Positions 9,344 through 19,092 of a stretch of 64,000 nucleotides of DNA are shown piece by piece (position 1 is the first letter of the stretch; every line of letters starts with the position of its first letter). The position numbers and the translations under genes were made by a program. A model generated the notes under the pieces. It ran no database searches. It was not told the DNA's origin and saw nothing but the letters and a program-made list of their open reading frames with translations. The DNA comes from Desulfosudaceae bacterium (lineage in GTDB: Bacteria > Desulfobacterota > Desulfobacteria > Desulfobacterales > Desulfosudaceae). The DNA lies in NCBI GenBank assembly GCA_963674745.2, contig CAXXDV010000003.1:64001-128000 (forward strand), given 5' to 3'.

Positions 9344-10987
9344 ATGTTTTGTTTTCAATGTCAGGAGACAGCCAAGAATAAGGGCTGTACGGTCAGAGGC
9401 GTGTGCGGCAAGCCCGAGGAAACAGCGGACCTGCAGGACCTGCTGATTTACGTCTGCAAAGGGATCGCAGTATATGGAGAACTGTTGCAAAAAGCCGGAA
9501 CCCTGGATAATGAGGCGGCCCGTTTTATCTGCCGCGCCTTGTTTACCACCATTACCAATGTGGCCTGGGACGATGACGTGATCATCGACCGGATCAGGGA
9601 AGGCCTGGCGGTTCGAGATGCCATCAAGGCAAAGGCCGGGGACGTGACCGGCGCGCTTCCGGATTGTGCCGTCTGGTCGGCTGCTGACAAACCGGCCATT
9701 ATGGCCAAGGCCCTGTCCGACGAGGTCCGTATCACAGCCGCAGAGAACGAGGACGTGCGCTCTTTGCGGGAGCTGCTGATTATCGGCTGCAAGGGCATTG
9801 CCGCCTATGCCGACCATGCCGCCATCCTCGGATTTGAAAAAGACGACATTTACGCTTCTCTTTTCGAAGCCCTGGCGTCTACAACCAAAGAACTGTCCGT
9901 GGACGACATGATCGGCCTGGTCCTGAAGGCCGGGGAAAACGCGGTCAATACCATGGCTCTGCTGGACGAAGCCAATACTACCACCTACGGTCATCCGGAA
10001 ATTACTGAAGTCAACATCGGCGTCGGTAAAAACCCCGGTATTCTCATTTCCGGTCATGATTTGAAAGACATGGACGAGCTGCTCAAGCAGACCGAAGGCA
10101 CGGGGGTGGATGTCTATACCCACGGTGAAATGCTGCCGGCCAACTATTATCCGAAGTTCAAGAAATACGGTCATTTTATCGGCAACTACGGCGGATCTTG
10201 GTGGCACCAGAACAAGGATTTTGAGACGTTTAACGGCGCCATTCTGCTGACCACCAACTGCCTGATTCCGATCCGAAAAGACAATACCTATAAAGACCGG
10301 CTGTTTACCACCGGTGTGGTTAATTATCCCGGGGCCGCCCATATCGCGGACCGGACGGAGGGTAGGAAAAAGGATTTTTCCCGGGTAATTGAAAAGGCCA
10401 AAACATGTGCGCCACCCCAGGAAATAGAAACCGGCAAAATCGTCGGCGGATTTGCCCATAACCAGGTACTGGCCCTGGCCGACAAGGTGGTCGAGGCCGT
10501 CAAGTCCGGGGCCATCAAGCGCTTTGTGGTCATGGCCGGGTGCGACGGTCGCCAGAAAGACCGGAATTACTTTACCGAAGTGGCCGAGAATCTGCCCCGG
10601 GATACGGTCATCCTGACCGCCGGTTGTGCCAAATACCGCTACAATAAACTCGCCCTGGGCGATATCGGCGGTATTCCCCGGGTGCTCGACGCGGGCCAGT
10701 GCAACGACTCTTACTCTCTGGCCGTGATTGCCCTGAAGCTCAAGGAAGTGTTCGGTCTGGAGGATATCAATGAACTGCCGGTATCCTACGACATCGCCTG
10801 GTACGAACAGAAAGCCGTGGCCGTGCTGCTGGCCCTCTTGCACCTGGGGGTCAAGGGCATCCGCCTGGGACCGACGCTGCCGGGTTTTTTGTCTCCGACC
10901 GTGGCCGGTGTGCTGGTAGAAAAATTTGATATCAAACCCATCGGCACCGTCGCCGACGATATCGCCGCCATGATGGACGGTAAATAA
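9344..10987 (+). CDS. hcp: Hybrid cluster protein (hydroxylamine/NO reductase)
   Basis: MFCFQCQET...[36 protein letters not shown] and WYEQKAV motifs. Confidence 0.97.
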   Translation: MFCFQCQETAKNKGCTVRGVCGKPEETADLQDLLIYVCKGIAVYGELLQKAGTLDNEAARFICRALFTTITNVAWDDDVIIDRIREGLAVRDAIKAKAGDVTGALPDCAVWSAADKPAIMAKALSDEVRITAAENEDVRSLRELLIIGCKGIAAYADHAAILGFEKDDIYASLFEALASTTKELSVDDMIGLVLKAGENAVNTMALLDEANTTTYGHPEITEVNIGVGKNPGILISGHDLKDMDELLKQTEGTGVDVYTHGEMLPANYYPKFKKYGHFIGNYGGSWWHQNKDFETFNGAILLTTNCLIPIRKDNTYKDRLFTTGVVNYPGAAHIADRTEGRKKDFSRVIEKAKTCAPPQEIETGKIVGGFAHNQVLALADKVVEAVKSGAIKRFVVMAGCDGRQKDRNYFTEVAENLPRDTVILTAGCAKYRYNKLALGDIGGIPRVLDAGQCNDSYSLAVIALKLKEVFGLEDINELPVSYDIAWYEQKAVAVLLALLHLGVKGIRLGPTLPGFLSPTVAGVLVEKFDIKPIGTVADDIAAMMDGK

Positions 10988-11049
10988 TGAGGCTTTTTTA
11001 ATCGGTCTTCGCGTACATCGGTTACAGGCTCATCGATAGGGCTTGATGT

Positions 11050-11730
11050 TTACAGCCGGCCTGTCTCTGCCAGCATTTCCAGCCCTTCAGTATCCAGAAG
11101 CGAAATGGAAGAACCGTTGACGCCGATCAGGCCGGCATCTTTCATTTTGCTCAGAATGCGGGAGAGGGTTTCCGGAATGGTTCCCAGCAGGCTGGCCAGC
11201 TGGCCTTTGGAAATGCTCAGTTCTACATGTTGGCGGTTATTCTGTTCCTGCGCCAAAAACAGCAGGTAGCCGGCCAGACGGCCGGGCACCTCTTTTAATG
11301 ACAGATTCTCTACTTGAACGGTAAACTGGCGGAGACGACGGGATAAAATGGCCAGCATGTTGAGCACCAGGGGGGTGTTTTCCTCCAGCAGCCGGACAAA
11401 GGCCTTCTTGGGGAAAAACAAAAGCCGGCTTTTTTCAAGGGGCACGGCGTTGGCCGGAAAAACACCGCCGGAAAACACCGGTACTTCACCCACGGGTTCG
11501 CCGGGGCCGAAAATATGAAGAATCTGCTCCTTGCCTTCGGAAGAGAGTTTAAAAACCTTGATCCGGCCCTGTGCGACCACGTAAAAGCCATCAGCATCCT
11601 GACCGTCGGAAAAAATCAGAGCGTCTTTTTTAAAGTCTTTCGGCAGCGCAATGCAGGCGACTTTTTCCAGCTGATCGGGCGGCAGACCGTCAAAAAGCGG
11701 GGCAGCGGAAAGAATGGAAACCGGATCCAT
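11050..11730 (-). CDS. hcpR: Crp/Fnr-family transcription regulator (HcpR-like)
   Basis: cNMP-binding domain and HTH LASLLGTIPETLSRIL; adjacent to hcp. Confidence 0.8.
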   Translation of the reverse strand: MDPVSILSAAPLFDGLPPDQLEKVACIALPKDFKKDALIFSDGQDADGFYVVAQGRIKVFKLSSEGKEQILHIFGPGEPVGEVPVFSGGVFPANAVPLEKSRLLFFPKKAFVRLLEENTPLVLNMLAILSRRLRQFTVQVENLSLKEVPGRLAGYLLFLAQEQNNRQHVELSISKGQLASLLGTIPETLSRILSKMKDAGLIGVNGSSISLLDTEGLEMLAETGRL

Positions 11731-11782
11731 GAGTATGTATCTCCTTAAATTTTGTGCCTTCAGGCAGAAAAAGTGCAGGATT

Positions 11783-11796
11783 TTGATTTAAGTCAA
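11783..11796. promoter_or_regulatory. Second HcpR-type operator in the divergent hcpR / HD-protein promoter region
   Basis: TTGATTTAAGTCAA, the reverse complement of the box at 9251-9264. Confidence 0.8.
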
Positions 11797-11903
11797 TGCG
11801 CATTTTTTGTGATCAGGTTATCCTGTAACCAAAAACATAACAAGCCCGCCGGCTGAATAAAAGGGAAAACCCACCGGCGGTTGTATTCCGAGGAGGGTAA
11901 AAT

Positions 11904-12638
11904 ATGAAATGTCCGGGACAGGATACCAGATACTGGAAAGGCCGGGATATCTACGAGGCCGAATGCCCCAAGTGCGGCGCAGGAGTGGAGTTCTTCAAGG
12001 ATGATACCACCCGTATCTGCTCTGCCTGCGGGCACCGTTTTTTAAACCCCGGTATGGATTTCGGGTGCGCGGCCTACTGCCCGCATGCGGCCCAGTGTAT
12101 CGGCAATCTGCCGCCGGAACTGGTCGCCCAGCGGGAAAATCTGCTCAAAGACCGGGTGGCCGTGGAAATGAAGCGCTTTTTTCAAAAAGATTTCAAGCGC
12201 ATCGGTCATGCCACGCGGGTGGCCCGTTATGCCGAGGAGATCGGCAAACAGGAGGCGCCCGCCGGTCTGGCCGTAATCCTCTGCGCGGCTTATCTGCATG
12301 ATATCGGCATTCACGAAGCCGAGCGCAAGCACAACAGCACCGCGGCAAAATACCAGGAAGAGGAGGGCCCGCCCATTGCCCGGGCCATCCTGGAGAAGGC
12401 CGGGGCGCAGACGGAATTGATCGATGAGGTCTGCGATATTATCGGCCATCACCATCATCCCAGAGACGATGAAACCACCAACTTCAAGGTGCTTTACGAT
12501 GCCGACCTGATTACCAATCTGGAAGAAAAGCAAAAAGATCAGGCGTCCGATCCCCGGCGCCTGGAGAATCTGATTGAGACCGGTTTGTTTACGGAAATCG
12601 GCAAGCAGGTAGCCCGTCGGGTGTTACTGAAGGAATAA
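11904..12638 (+). CDS. HD-domain phosphohydrolase with Cys-rich N-terminal metal-binding region
   Basis: CPKC...CSAC...CAAYCPHAAQC; H...LHDIG...GHHHHP...DAD motifs. Confidence 0.8.
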   Translation: MKCPGQDTRYWKGRDIYEAECPKCGAGVEFFKDDTTRICSACGHRFLNPGMDFGCAAYCPHAAQCIGNLPPELVAQRENLLKDRVAVEMKRFFQKDFKRIGHATRVARYAEEIGKQEAPAGLAVILCAAYLHDIGIHEAERKHNSTAAKYQEEEGPPIARAILEKAGAQTELIDEVCDIIGHHHHPRDDETTNFKVLYDADLITNLEEKQKDQASDPRRLENLIETGLFTEIGKQVARRVLLKE

Positions 12639-12654
12639 TGACAGGAGAAATTCC

Positions 12655-13398
12655 ATGAAAGTAAGAAGAAAGATTATTCAAATAGATGAAGAACGATGCA
12701 CCGGATGCGGTCAATGCGTTATTGCCTGTGCCGAGGGTGCCATTAAAATCATTGACGGCAAGGCAAAAGTCATTTCAGACAATCTGTGCGACGGGCTGGG
12801 GGCCTGCATCGGCGAATGCCCGGAAAACGCTTTGCATATTATCGAGCGGGAAGCCGAAGCGTTTGACGAGGAAGCCGTGGAAAAACATCTGGAAATGCTG
12901 CAGGATCAGCCTCAACCGGAAACGCTGGCCTGCGGCTGCCCGTCCACCCAGGTGCAGACGCTGGCCGTTGAAACACCATGCCAGGCCGCCAACAGGCCGG
13001 TTGCCACCACTTCTGCGTCATCGGCCCTGTCCAACTGGCCGGTCCAGATTCACCTGGTGCCGCCCACTGCCCCATTTTTAAAAGGCGCCCACCTGCTGGT
13101 CGCTGCCGACTGCGTGCCCGTGGCCTTTCCCCGGTTTCAGGGGGAACTGTTGCCGGGTAAAACCGTCATGATCGGTTGCCCCAAGTTTGATGACAGAAAG
13201 AGTTATGTGGAAAAGTTCAGCCAGATATTCAAAACCGCCGGCATTAAAAGCATCACCTGCGTGCGAATGGAGGTCCCCTGCTGTTCGGGCCTGCCCATGA
13301 TTTTAAAAGACGCCATGCAATCGGCCGGTGTGGATATTCCCATGGACGAAATGGTCATTTCCGCCCGGGGTGAGGTCCTGGAAAAAAGCGGGAAATGA
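12655..13398 (+). CDS. 4Fe-4S ferredoxin-domain protein of the type commonly clustered with hcp
   Basis: CTGCGQCVIAC, CDGLGACIGECP, NWPVQIHLVP, GCPKFD and MEVPCC motifs. Confidence 0.85.
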   Translation: MKVRRKIIQIDEERCTGCGQCVIACAEGAIKIIDGKAKVISDNLCDGLGACIGECPENALHIIEREAEAFDEEAVEKHLEMLQDQPQPETLACGCPSTQVQTLAVETPCQAANRPVATTSASSALSNWPVQIHLVPPTAPFLKGAHLLVAADCVPVAFPRFQGELLPGKTVMIGCPKFDDRKSYVEKFSQIFKTAGIKSITCVRMEVPCCSGLPMILKDAMQSAGVDIPMDEMVISARGEVLEKSGK

Positions 13399-13403
13399 AA
13401 ATG

Positions 13404-14432
13404 TCACACCGGCAGGTTTAATCCGGTTTTATGATTTACGGCCGTGGCGACCCGGGACAGCATCAGTTTTGTATAGGGATACTTCCGAAAGGACTTGATT
13501 CTGCCGATGATCGGATTTTTAAACCGGATTCTTTCCGTATACGTATTGTGATTGATTAAAAAGCACTCCCGGCAAAAGGCGTAATCGCCGGCTTTTTGTG
13601 TTGCCCGAAAAAAAGTTTCGGAGTTGATTTTTTCGAGGATCTGCTTTTCGGCAAAGGCATTGTCTTTGACGACCGGTTTGTCATGATGGGGACTCATGCA
13701 GCACAACTGGATGTCGCCGTCATAGGACAGGATGCCGACCGGTGTGTGTTTGAAGTCACATTCAGCCGGCGTGTCCCGTTTGACGTTCCGGAATTTACCG
13801 TTGACGGGAAACCAGTCCGTGGTTTTGAATAGGTCGTCAATAATGGTCGAAAAGTGAACCCCATCCACGTCAAGGCCTTTGGCCATGTCGATCAGTCTGT
13901 CATAATCGTTTTCATTATGGCGGCTGATAAGGGTCTCCATATATATTTCGGGGAAAACGGAATTTTGTCTTTTCTTTTCCCGGACCAGGGTCTTGATGTT
14001 GTTTAAGACAGTTTCCAGGTCTGCTCCGACCCTGTATAACGCGTGCTGTGCCTGGGTGATGCCTTCGATATCAAAGGTGATACGGTATAAACCGGACTTT
14101 ACGATGCGTACGGGATCCAGGGGGTTGGTGCCGTTTGTAAAAAGCGCGACGATTTTTTTAAACCCCACGGCGTATTCCACAAAATCCATAAGCCTTGGAT
14201 GCAGCGTGGGCTCTCCACTGCCCAGAAAGCCGATGGAATCAAAAACAGGATGACAGGAGCCCATGAATATTTTGAAATGTTCAAAGTCCATCAACCCCTT
14301 TTTCTTTTTATTGGTTCCGGTTCCCGTGCTGCAGAGCGGACATTTCAGGTTGCAGGTGTTGGTCAACTCGACATTGATATCCCGCCTGGTGTATTTTTTT
14401 CTTATTTTTCTTATTAATTCGTCACGCTTCAT
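13404..14432 (-). CDS. Radical SAM protein with C-terminal SPASM/Twitch-like domain (ORF open to 14483)
   Basis: ELTNTCNLKCPLC, GSGEPTLHP and a C-terminal Cys cluster (C...LCC...CREC). Confidence 0.8.
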   Translation of the reverse strand: MKRDELIRKIRKKYTRRDINVELTNTCNLKCPLCSTGTGTNKKKKGLMDFEHFKIFMGSCHPVFDSIGFLGSGEPTLHPRLMDFVEYAVGFKKIVALFTNGTNPLDPVRIVKSGLYRITFDIEGITQAQHALYRVGADLETVLNNIKTLVREKKRQNSVFPEIYMETLISRHNENDYDRLIDMAKGLDVDGVHFSTIIDDLFKTTDWFPVNGKFRNVKRDTPAECDFKHTPVGILSYDGDIQLCCMSPHHDKPVVKDNAFAEKQILEKINSETFFRATQKAGDYAFCRECFLINHNTYTERIRFKNPIIGRIKSFRKYPYTKLMLSRVATAVNHKTGLNLPV

Positions 14433-14582
14433 CCCGGTTTCCTTTCTGCCTTCCAGGCAGAGGCCTTTTCTGTGGCTGATCACTTGTGACTATGGCACAG
14501 ACAGCATTTAACCAGAAGGTTCCATCTGTTCTCTGTGAGCGCTTGTAAATAAGAAGGGCGCTTTATGGCCGCTTCTTAAAGG

Positions 14583-15158
14583 CTATAGCGGACGGACAAA
14601 GGTAAAGTAGAACAGGACAGCATAAACAGCCGTGACCGCTATCATATTGATCAGGGCGTTGTTTTTGGCAAAGCTTTCGCTGTTGAACGACCACAACAGT
14701 TCCGGGCGCCATTTGCCGAATGTGGGCAGGTAAGGACGGACTTCTTTCTGATAATCGAGATAATCTTCGCCGAACAGTTCCGTGAGCAGGGCTTCTTCCC
14801 GCCTGACCCGGTTGGTCATATAGAACCAGTATATGATCGTAAAAATACCCAACAGCCAGGGAATGGCCGCCATCATGAGGATGCCGAAAATCAGAAAAAA
14901 ACGTCCGATGTACATGGGGTTGCGTACAAACATATAGGGCCCGATAATGGTCAGCTTTTTATGGGTTTTTATGGTAGAGAAGCACCAGACCTGCAGCATC
15001 TCTCCCAGAATCGAAACGATCAGTCCCGGGAGAAACCAATCCTGGCGGGTATGCGGCAGAAAGACAATAAAGAGCACCAAAGCAATGGGCAGTCGCAGTT
15101 TCAGCAGAAATTTGCGGATTTTTCGGTTGTTGAACAGTTCGTTAATATATGAAATCAA
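14583..15158 (-). CDS. Isoprenylcysteine carboxyl / phospholipid methyltransferase family membrane protein
   Basis: GPYMFVRNPMYIG and REEALLTELFGEDYLDY motifs. Confidence 0.85.
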   Translation of the reverse strand: MISYINELFNNRKIRKFLLKLRLPIALVLFIVFLPHTRQDWFLPGLIVSILGEMLQVWCFSTIKTHKKLTIIGPYMFVRNPMYIGRFFLIFGILMMAAIPWLLGIFTIIYWFYMTNRVRREEALLTELFGEDYLDYQKEVRPYLPTFGKWRPELLWSFNSESFAKNNALINMIAVTAVYAVLFYFTFVRPL

Positions 15159-15539
15159 TTTTGTGTATCCTTTTTTTTCAGGTCAATCCAAATGTGCCGA
15201 ACGGTTGGCGGTAACCGGCCGATGTGTTGGTTATTTTATGGAATATTTTTTTGTTTGCAACCATTTGTTTTATTTTGGTCGGATTTTATGAAAAGGCTGT
15301 CCGGCCAGGCGTATTTGCAGCCCGCTTTCGATGGGCACTTGAACGGCCCTGTAGAAGGTGGAAACGTTTATCCAGGCACATTCCCAGGCCGAATTCAGCC
15401 ATGGCATCTGTCCGGATTGTTTACAAAAATATTATCCCGAATATTCCAAGAAGATATTATCGCAACTTGAGGATGGTAACGATTCTCCGGTTTCTCTTAA
15501 AAAGTGCGTCAAAAAAAAATAGTCGTTCCAAAATTTGTT

Positions 15540-16925
15540 TTAAACTCCCAGCATTAATTTAATGGTAGTGAAATAGATCAGCAAACCGGTGATGTCCACG
15601 ATGGTTGTCAGGGCAGGGCTGGCCACCACGGCCGGATCTTTTTTCATGAGGGCGGCCCCCAGCGGAAGTACCGCTCCGATCATTGTCGCCGTAATGACCT
15701 GAAGGCCCAGAGCGATAGCGATGGCGAGGCCGATGGCGGATAAAGAATAGCCTTCCGGTGTGGAGGAGGCGCCGCCAAAGGAGATCACACGGACAAAAGC
15801 GATTAATGCCAGCATAATACCCAGAATGACCGATACCTTTAATTCCTTGGACAGTATCCGGAATAAATCCCGGGGGGATACTTCATTTAAGGCCAGCGCC
15901 CTAACGACCAGGGTGGCCGACTGGCTGCCCGTGTTGCCGCCTGTGTCGGCCAGCATGGGCATGAAGGTGGCAAGGATGGCAAAATGGAGCAACAACCCCT
16001 CGAAGCTCTGTACGATAAAACCCGAAATCATGCCCAGCACGGCCAGCAGGACAATCCAGGGGGACCGGTTTTTGAAATGAGTCCAGGCTGAGGTTTTGAG
16101 ATATACCCCGGCTTCGTGGCTTCCGGCGATAGCCATGAATTTTTCCATGTCTTCGGTTTGTTCCTGGGTGATAATATCCAGGGCATCATCATGTGTAATG
16201 ATGCCTACCAGTGTTTCGTTTTCGTTAATGATCGGCAGGGCCAGCAGGTCGTATTTCTGAATTATCCGGGCTGCTTCTTCCTGGTCGTCTGTTACTCTGG
16301 AAAAAATCACTCCGGTATGCATGATGTCGCCTATCAGAGCATCCCGCCGGGCCACGATCAGGTCTTTAAGAGAAACGAATCCCTGGAGTTTCCGGTTTTC
16401 GTCCACCACGTAACCGTAATAAATGGTCTCTTTGTCCGGTGCTACCTTTCGCAGGTGCTCGATCGCCTGGTAGGCTGTCAGGTGCGGGGGCAGGGTAACG
16501 TAATCTGATGTCATGACAGCGCCGGCAGTGCCTTCTTTGTATGCGGTCAGACGACGGATATCTTCACGCTCCGCCTGGGCCAGGGCCGGCAGGACCGATT
16601 CCTGAAGGCCTTCGGGTAAGGCTTTAAACAGGTCGGCCCGGTCATCAGGAGGCATATCCGACAGCAGGCGGGCCACCTCCATCCTAGGCAGAAAACCCAT
16701 GATTTCAATCTGGAGATCTTCGGCCATATGGCTGAAGATTTCGGAACGAAGCGGCATTCCGGCATGCCGGAGTACTTCCCATGCCTCATTTCCCGGAAGG
16801 GCGGAGATCATCTCGGCAACCATTGCCGGATGCCCCGTGCCGCAGAACGTCTGAAGTGATGTGATGTCCTCTTTTGCGAGCATTTCCCGCAGTTCGGGGA
16901 CAAGAAGCGGATTTTTGGCTCTCAT
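15540..16925 (-). CDS. mgtE: Magnesium transporter MgtE
   Basis: MgtE-N domain, CBS pair, GGNTGSQ and DPAVVASPALTTIVDITG motifs. Confidence 0.95.
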   Translation of the reverse strand: MRAKNPLLVPELREMLAKEDITSLQTFCGTGHPAMVAEMISALPGNEAWEVLRHAGMPLRSEIFSHMAEDLQIEIMGFLPRMEVARLLSDMPPDDRADLFKALPEGLQESVLPALAQAEREDIRRLTAYKEGTAGAVMTSDYVTLPPHLTAYQAIEHLRKVAPDKETIYYGYVVDENRKLQGFVSLKDLIVARRDALIGDIMHTGVIFSRVTDDQEEAARIIQKYDLLALPIINENETLVGIITHDDALDIITQEQTEDMEKFMAIAGSHEAGVYLKTSAWTHFKNRSPWIVLLAVLGMISGFIVQSFEGLLLHFAILATFMPMLADTGGNTGSQSATLVVRALALNEVSPRDLFRILSKELKVSVILGIMLALIAFVRVISFGGASSTPEGYSLSAIGLAIAIALGLQVITATMIGAVLPLGAALMKKDPAVVASPALTTIVDITGLLIYFTTIKLMLGV

Positions 16926-16983
16926 GGTTCACCTCCATTGCGGCCGCGGCGGTTAACCAACCAGGCGCGGCCGGGGGTGAACC
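16926..16983 (-). promoter_or_regulatory. RBS-sequestering hairpin in the mgtE leader
   Basis: On the mRNA, GGUUCACCCCC-GGCCGCG pairs with CGCGGCC-GCAAU-GGAGGUGAACC immediately before the AUG. Confidence 0.6.
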
Positions 16984-17399
16984 GGCGGTTACGTCCGGAT
17001 GGCGCTTGGACCGTTCATTTTATCGATCGCAGAAATAGAACAAAGCGATCCTGGATCATCTGGTTCGTTACGTGCTGATTTTTTAATCATGGTGCGTCGA
17101 CAGGGAGTTCCATCCGATTCGTTCATCGGTCATCCTTCTGCTGGTTAATATCAAGCAAAGCCATAGTCATTATGATCGGGTATATAATGGAGAAAAATAG
17201 TTTTTTCAAGTGTTTTCTGGGTGATTCGGACCAATATTTTACCGCTACATATTGTATATAAATATGTTGTTTCCGTTGTAGTATGGGTATATGTTGTGTT
17301 TGCGTGTTGACAAGCGAGCGCCTTTGGCCTATAATCTTAAAAATTTATATTACCCTGGATCATCAGTGCATTCAGGGCTTGATCATCAGGAGCAAAGCC

Positions 17400-18140
17400 A
17401 TGATTGGCCCATCGCCCGGATTGGAAATTATTGACGCCTGCAGGTTGCTGTTCCCTGCCACAGTCGCTGTTGATGCCGGCTTTTTAAATACCATCGCCAG
17501 TGAAGACGTAAAAGCGGCTTTTCGCAAAAAAGCCTTAAAAACACATCCGGACAGGTCAAAAGTACTGGGTCGCAGCAGGGAAGAGTTAAGCCGGATGTTT
17601 CAGGAGGTGTCTTCCGCCTATCACATCCTGGAAACTTACTTTATTCAACGCGCTAATGGTAAGTCCGGCCCTGAGGCCTGTCCCAAGTCCCGTCGTCCGC
17701 CGTCTTCTGCCGGAAATTCACGGCGGCCCAAACCGAATGATTATTTTTATACGGGCGTGGTGCCTTGGCGCCAACTGCGGCTGGGCGAATTTATGTACTA
17801 TTCGAAAGTGATTTCCTGGCGGACACTGATCAATGCCATTGTCTGGCAGAAAAAGCGGCGGCCTCTATTCGGGCAGATTGCCCGGCAGTGGTCGTTTCTT
17901 TCCGATGATGATATCCGGCTCATCCTGCGGCATAAATCCCGGGATGAAGTATTCGGTGAATTCGCCCGGCGACACGGTTTTCTCACCCGTTACCAGCAGA
18001 TGGCGATTACCGGCCGACAAAGGCAGCTCCAACCTTTAATCGGTATGCATTTTATTGAAAAGGGGTTGCTGACGGTTGTTCAGGTTAAGATGCAGGCAAG
18101 GAACCAGGAACAGCATAACCGCCGTATCCGGTATAATTGA
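17400..18140 (+). CDS. J-domain (DnaJ-like) protein
   Basis: VKAAFRKKALKTHPD J-domain with HPD motif; AGGAG RBS before ATG 17400. Confidence 0.8.
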   Translation: MIGPSPGLEIIDACRLLFPATVAVDAGFLNTIASEDVKAAFRKKALKTHPDRSKVLGRSREELSRMFQEVSSAYHILETYFIQRANGKSGPEACPKSRRPPSSAGNSRRPKPNDYFYTGVVPWRQLRLGEFMYYSKVISWRTLINAIVWQKKRRPLFGQIARQWSFLSDDDIRLILRHKSRDEVFGEFARRHGFLTRYQQMAITGRQRQLQPLIGMHFIEKGLLTVVQVKMQARNQEQHNRRIRYN

Positions 18141-18160
18141 TTCTTTAACCCGCCCGAGTA

Positions 18161-18484
18161 TTATTCGATATCGATAGCGAAAATGTCGAACTGTATGCCG
18201 ACACCGTCATTCGTTATACGCACCACTTTGCCGTTCATTTTGATACGGCGGTCCTGGTTGGCAAAGGGAAGTGAAATTTTGACCTTCTGTCCAGGGGCTA
18301 ATTTCTCGCTGGTTTCCACAAAGATGCCCCCCAGGCTGATGTCTCGTGCATTATACTGCTTGCTGGCTTCTCCATGAGACATCCTGACGCATAGTCGGAA
18401 CGCCTTTCTCGGATGGTGCCTTTTTTTTACCATTTTGTCTTCTTCTGTCTGATCCGACAGGTTTTGATGATCATCAGCTGTCAT
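18161..18484 (-). CDS. Stand-alone PilZ-domain protein
   Basis: RHHPR (RxxxR) and DISLGG (DxSxxG) c-di-GMP-binding motifs. Confidence 0.88.
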   Translation of the reverse strand: MTADDHQNLSDQTEEDKMVKKRHHPRKAFRLCVRMSHGEASKQYNARDISLGGIFVETSEKLAPGQKVKISLPFANQDRRIKMNGKVVRITNDGVGIQFDIFAIDIE

Positions 18485-18514
18485 CGATGCGCCCCGCCTT
18501 TGTAATTGTCTTTT

Positions 18515-19069
18515 TCAGAAAAGCTCTACGGTGTTCTTGTTTTTCTCTTTCGCTCTGCGCGTATCCGCGATATCCAGGGCTTCTTTAACACTGGCACCGT
18601 TCAATATGGCGTTAAACATCTGCCGGTCAGCGTCTATATAATACTTTGATTTTATCATTTCCTGCAAGCCTCTCCATTCATATGGCGAATAAAGGCGATG
18701 TTTGTCGTTGATCAAATCCCCCAGGGCAGAGAGGTTGAGGCTGACATGGGACAATCGCTGGGTCAGTTTATCGTAAAATTGAAAGGCGACAATAACTTCG
18801 TTTACCATTTCCGATACGCTTTTGCAGTTTTCCAGAACAGCGGTTTTTTCGCGGCTTTCTGCCAGGCCTTCTGCTGCCATACGGATCACCTGCAGTTTTC
18901 CCATTAACGTGGTGAAGAGTTTTGTCAGGGCGTTAATCGACTCATCTCCCTCGGTCATGGAACGTTCCACCTGCGCCAGAGCAACATTCAGCATGAGAAC
19001 GGTTTCTCTTATCTGGCTCCAGTCAAGATCAGGGTTGTTGGCATCTGATGGCATTTTTTTTTCTGACAT
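18515..19069 (-). CDS. Chemosensory-associated helical protein (CheZ/MCP-like motif, C-terminal TVELF)
   Basis: AFQFYDKLTQRL motif; ends NTVELF. Confidence 0.55.
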   Translation of the reverse strand: MSEKKMPSDANNPDLDWSQIRETVLMLNVALAQVERSMTEGDESINALTKLFTTLMGKLQVIRMAAEGLAESREKTAVLENCKSVSEMVNEVIVAFQFYDKLTQRLSHVSLNLSALGDLINDKHRLYSPYEWRGLQEMIKSKYYIDADRQMFNAILNGASVKEALDIADTRRAKEKNKNTVELF

Positions 19070-19092
19070 GTCCCATCCTTTCTACATTTTCT

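Noticed and set aside
9323..10843. 506-aa minus-strand ORF
   Set aside because: Antisense shadow of hcp with no recognisable motifs.
15160..15562. Short overlapping ORFs between the methyltransferase and mgtE
   Set aside because: No clear RBS or motifs; likely non-coding.
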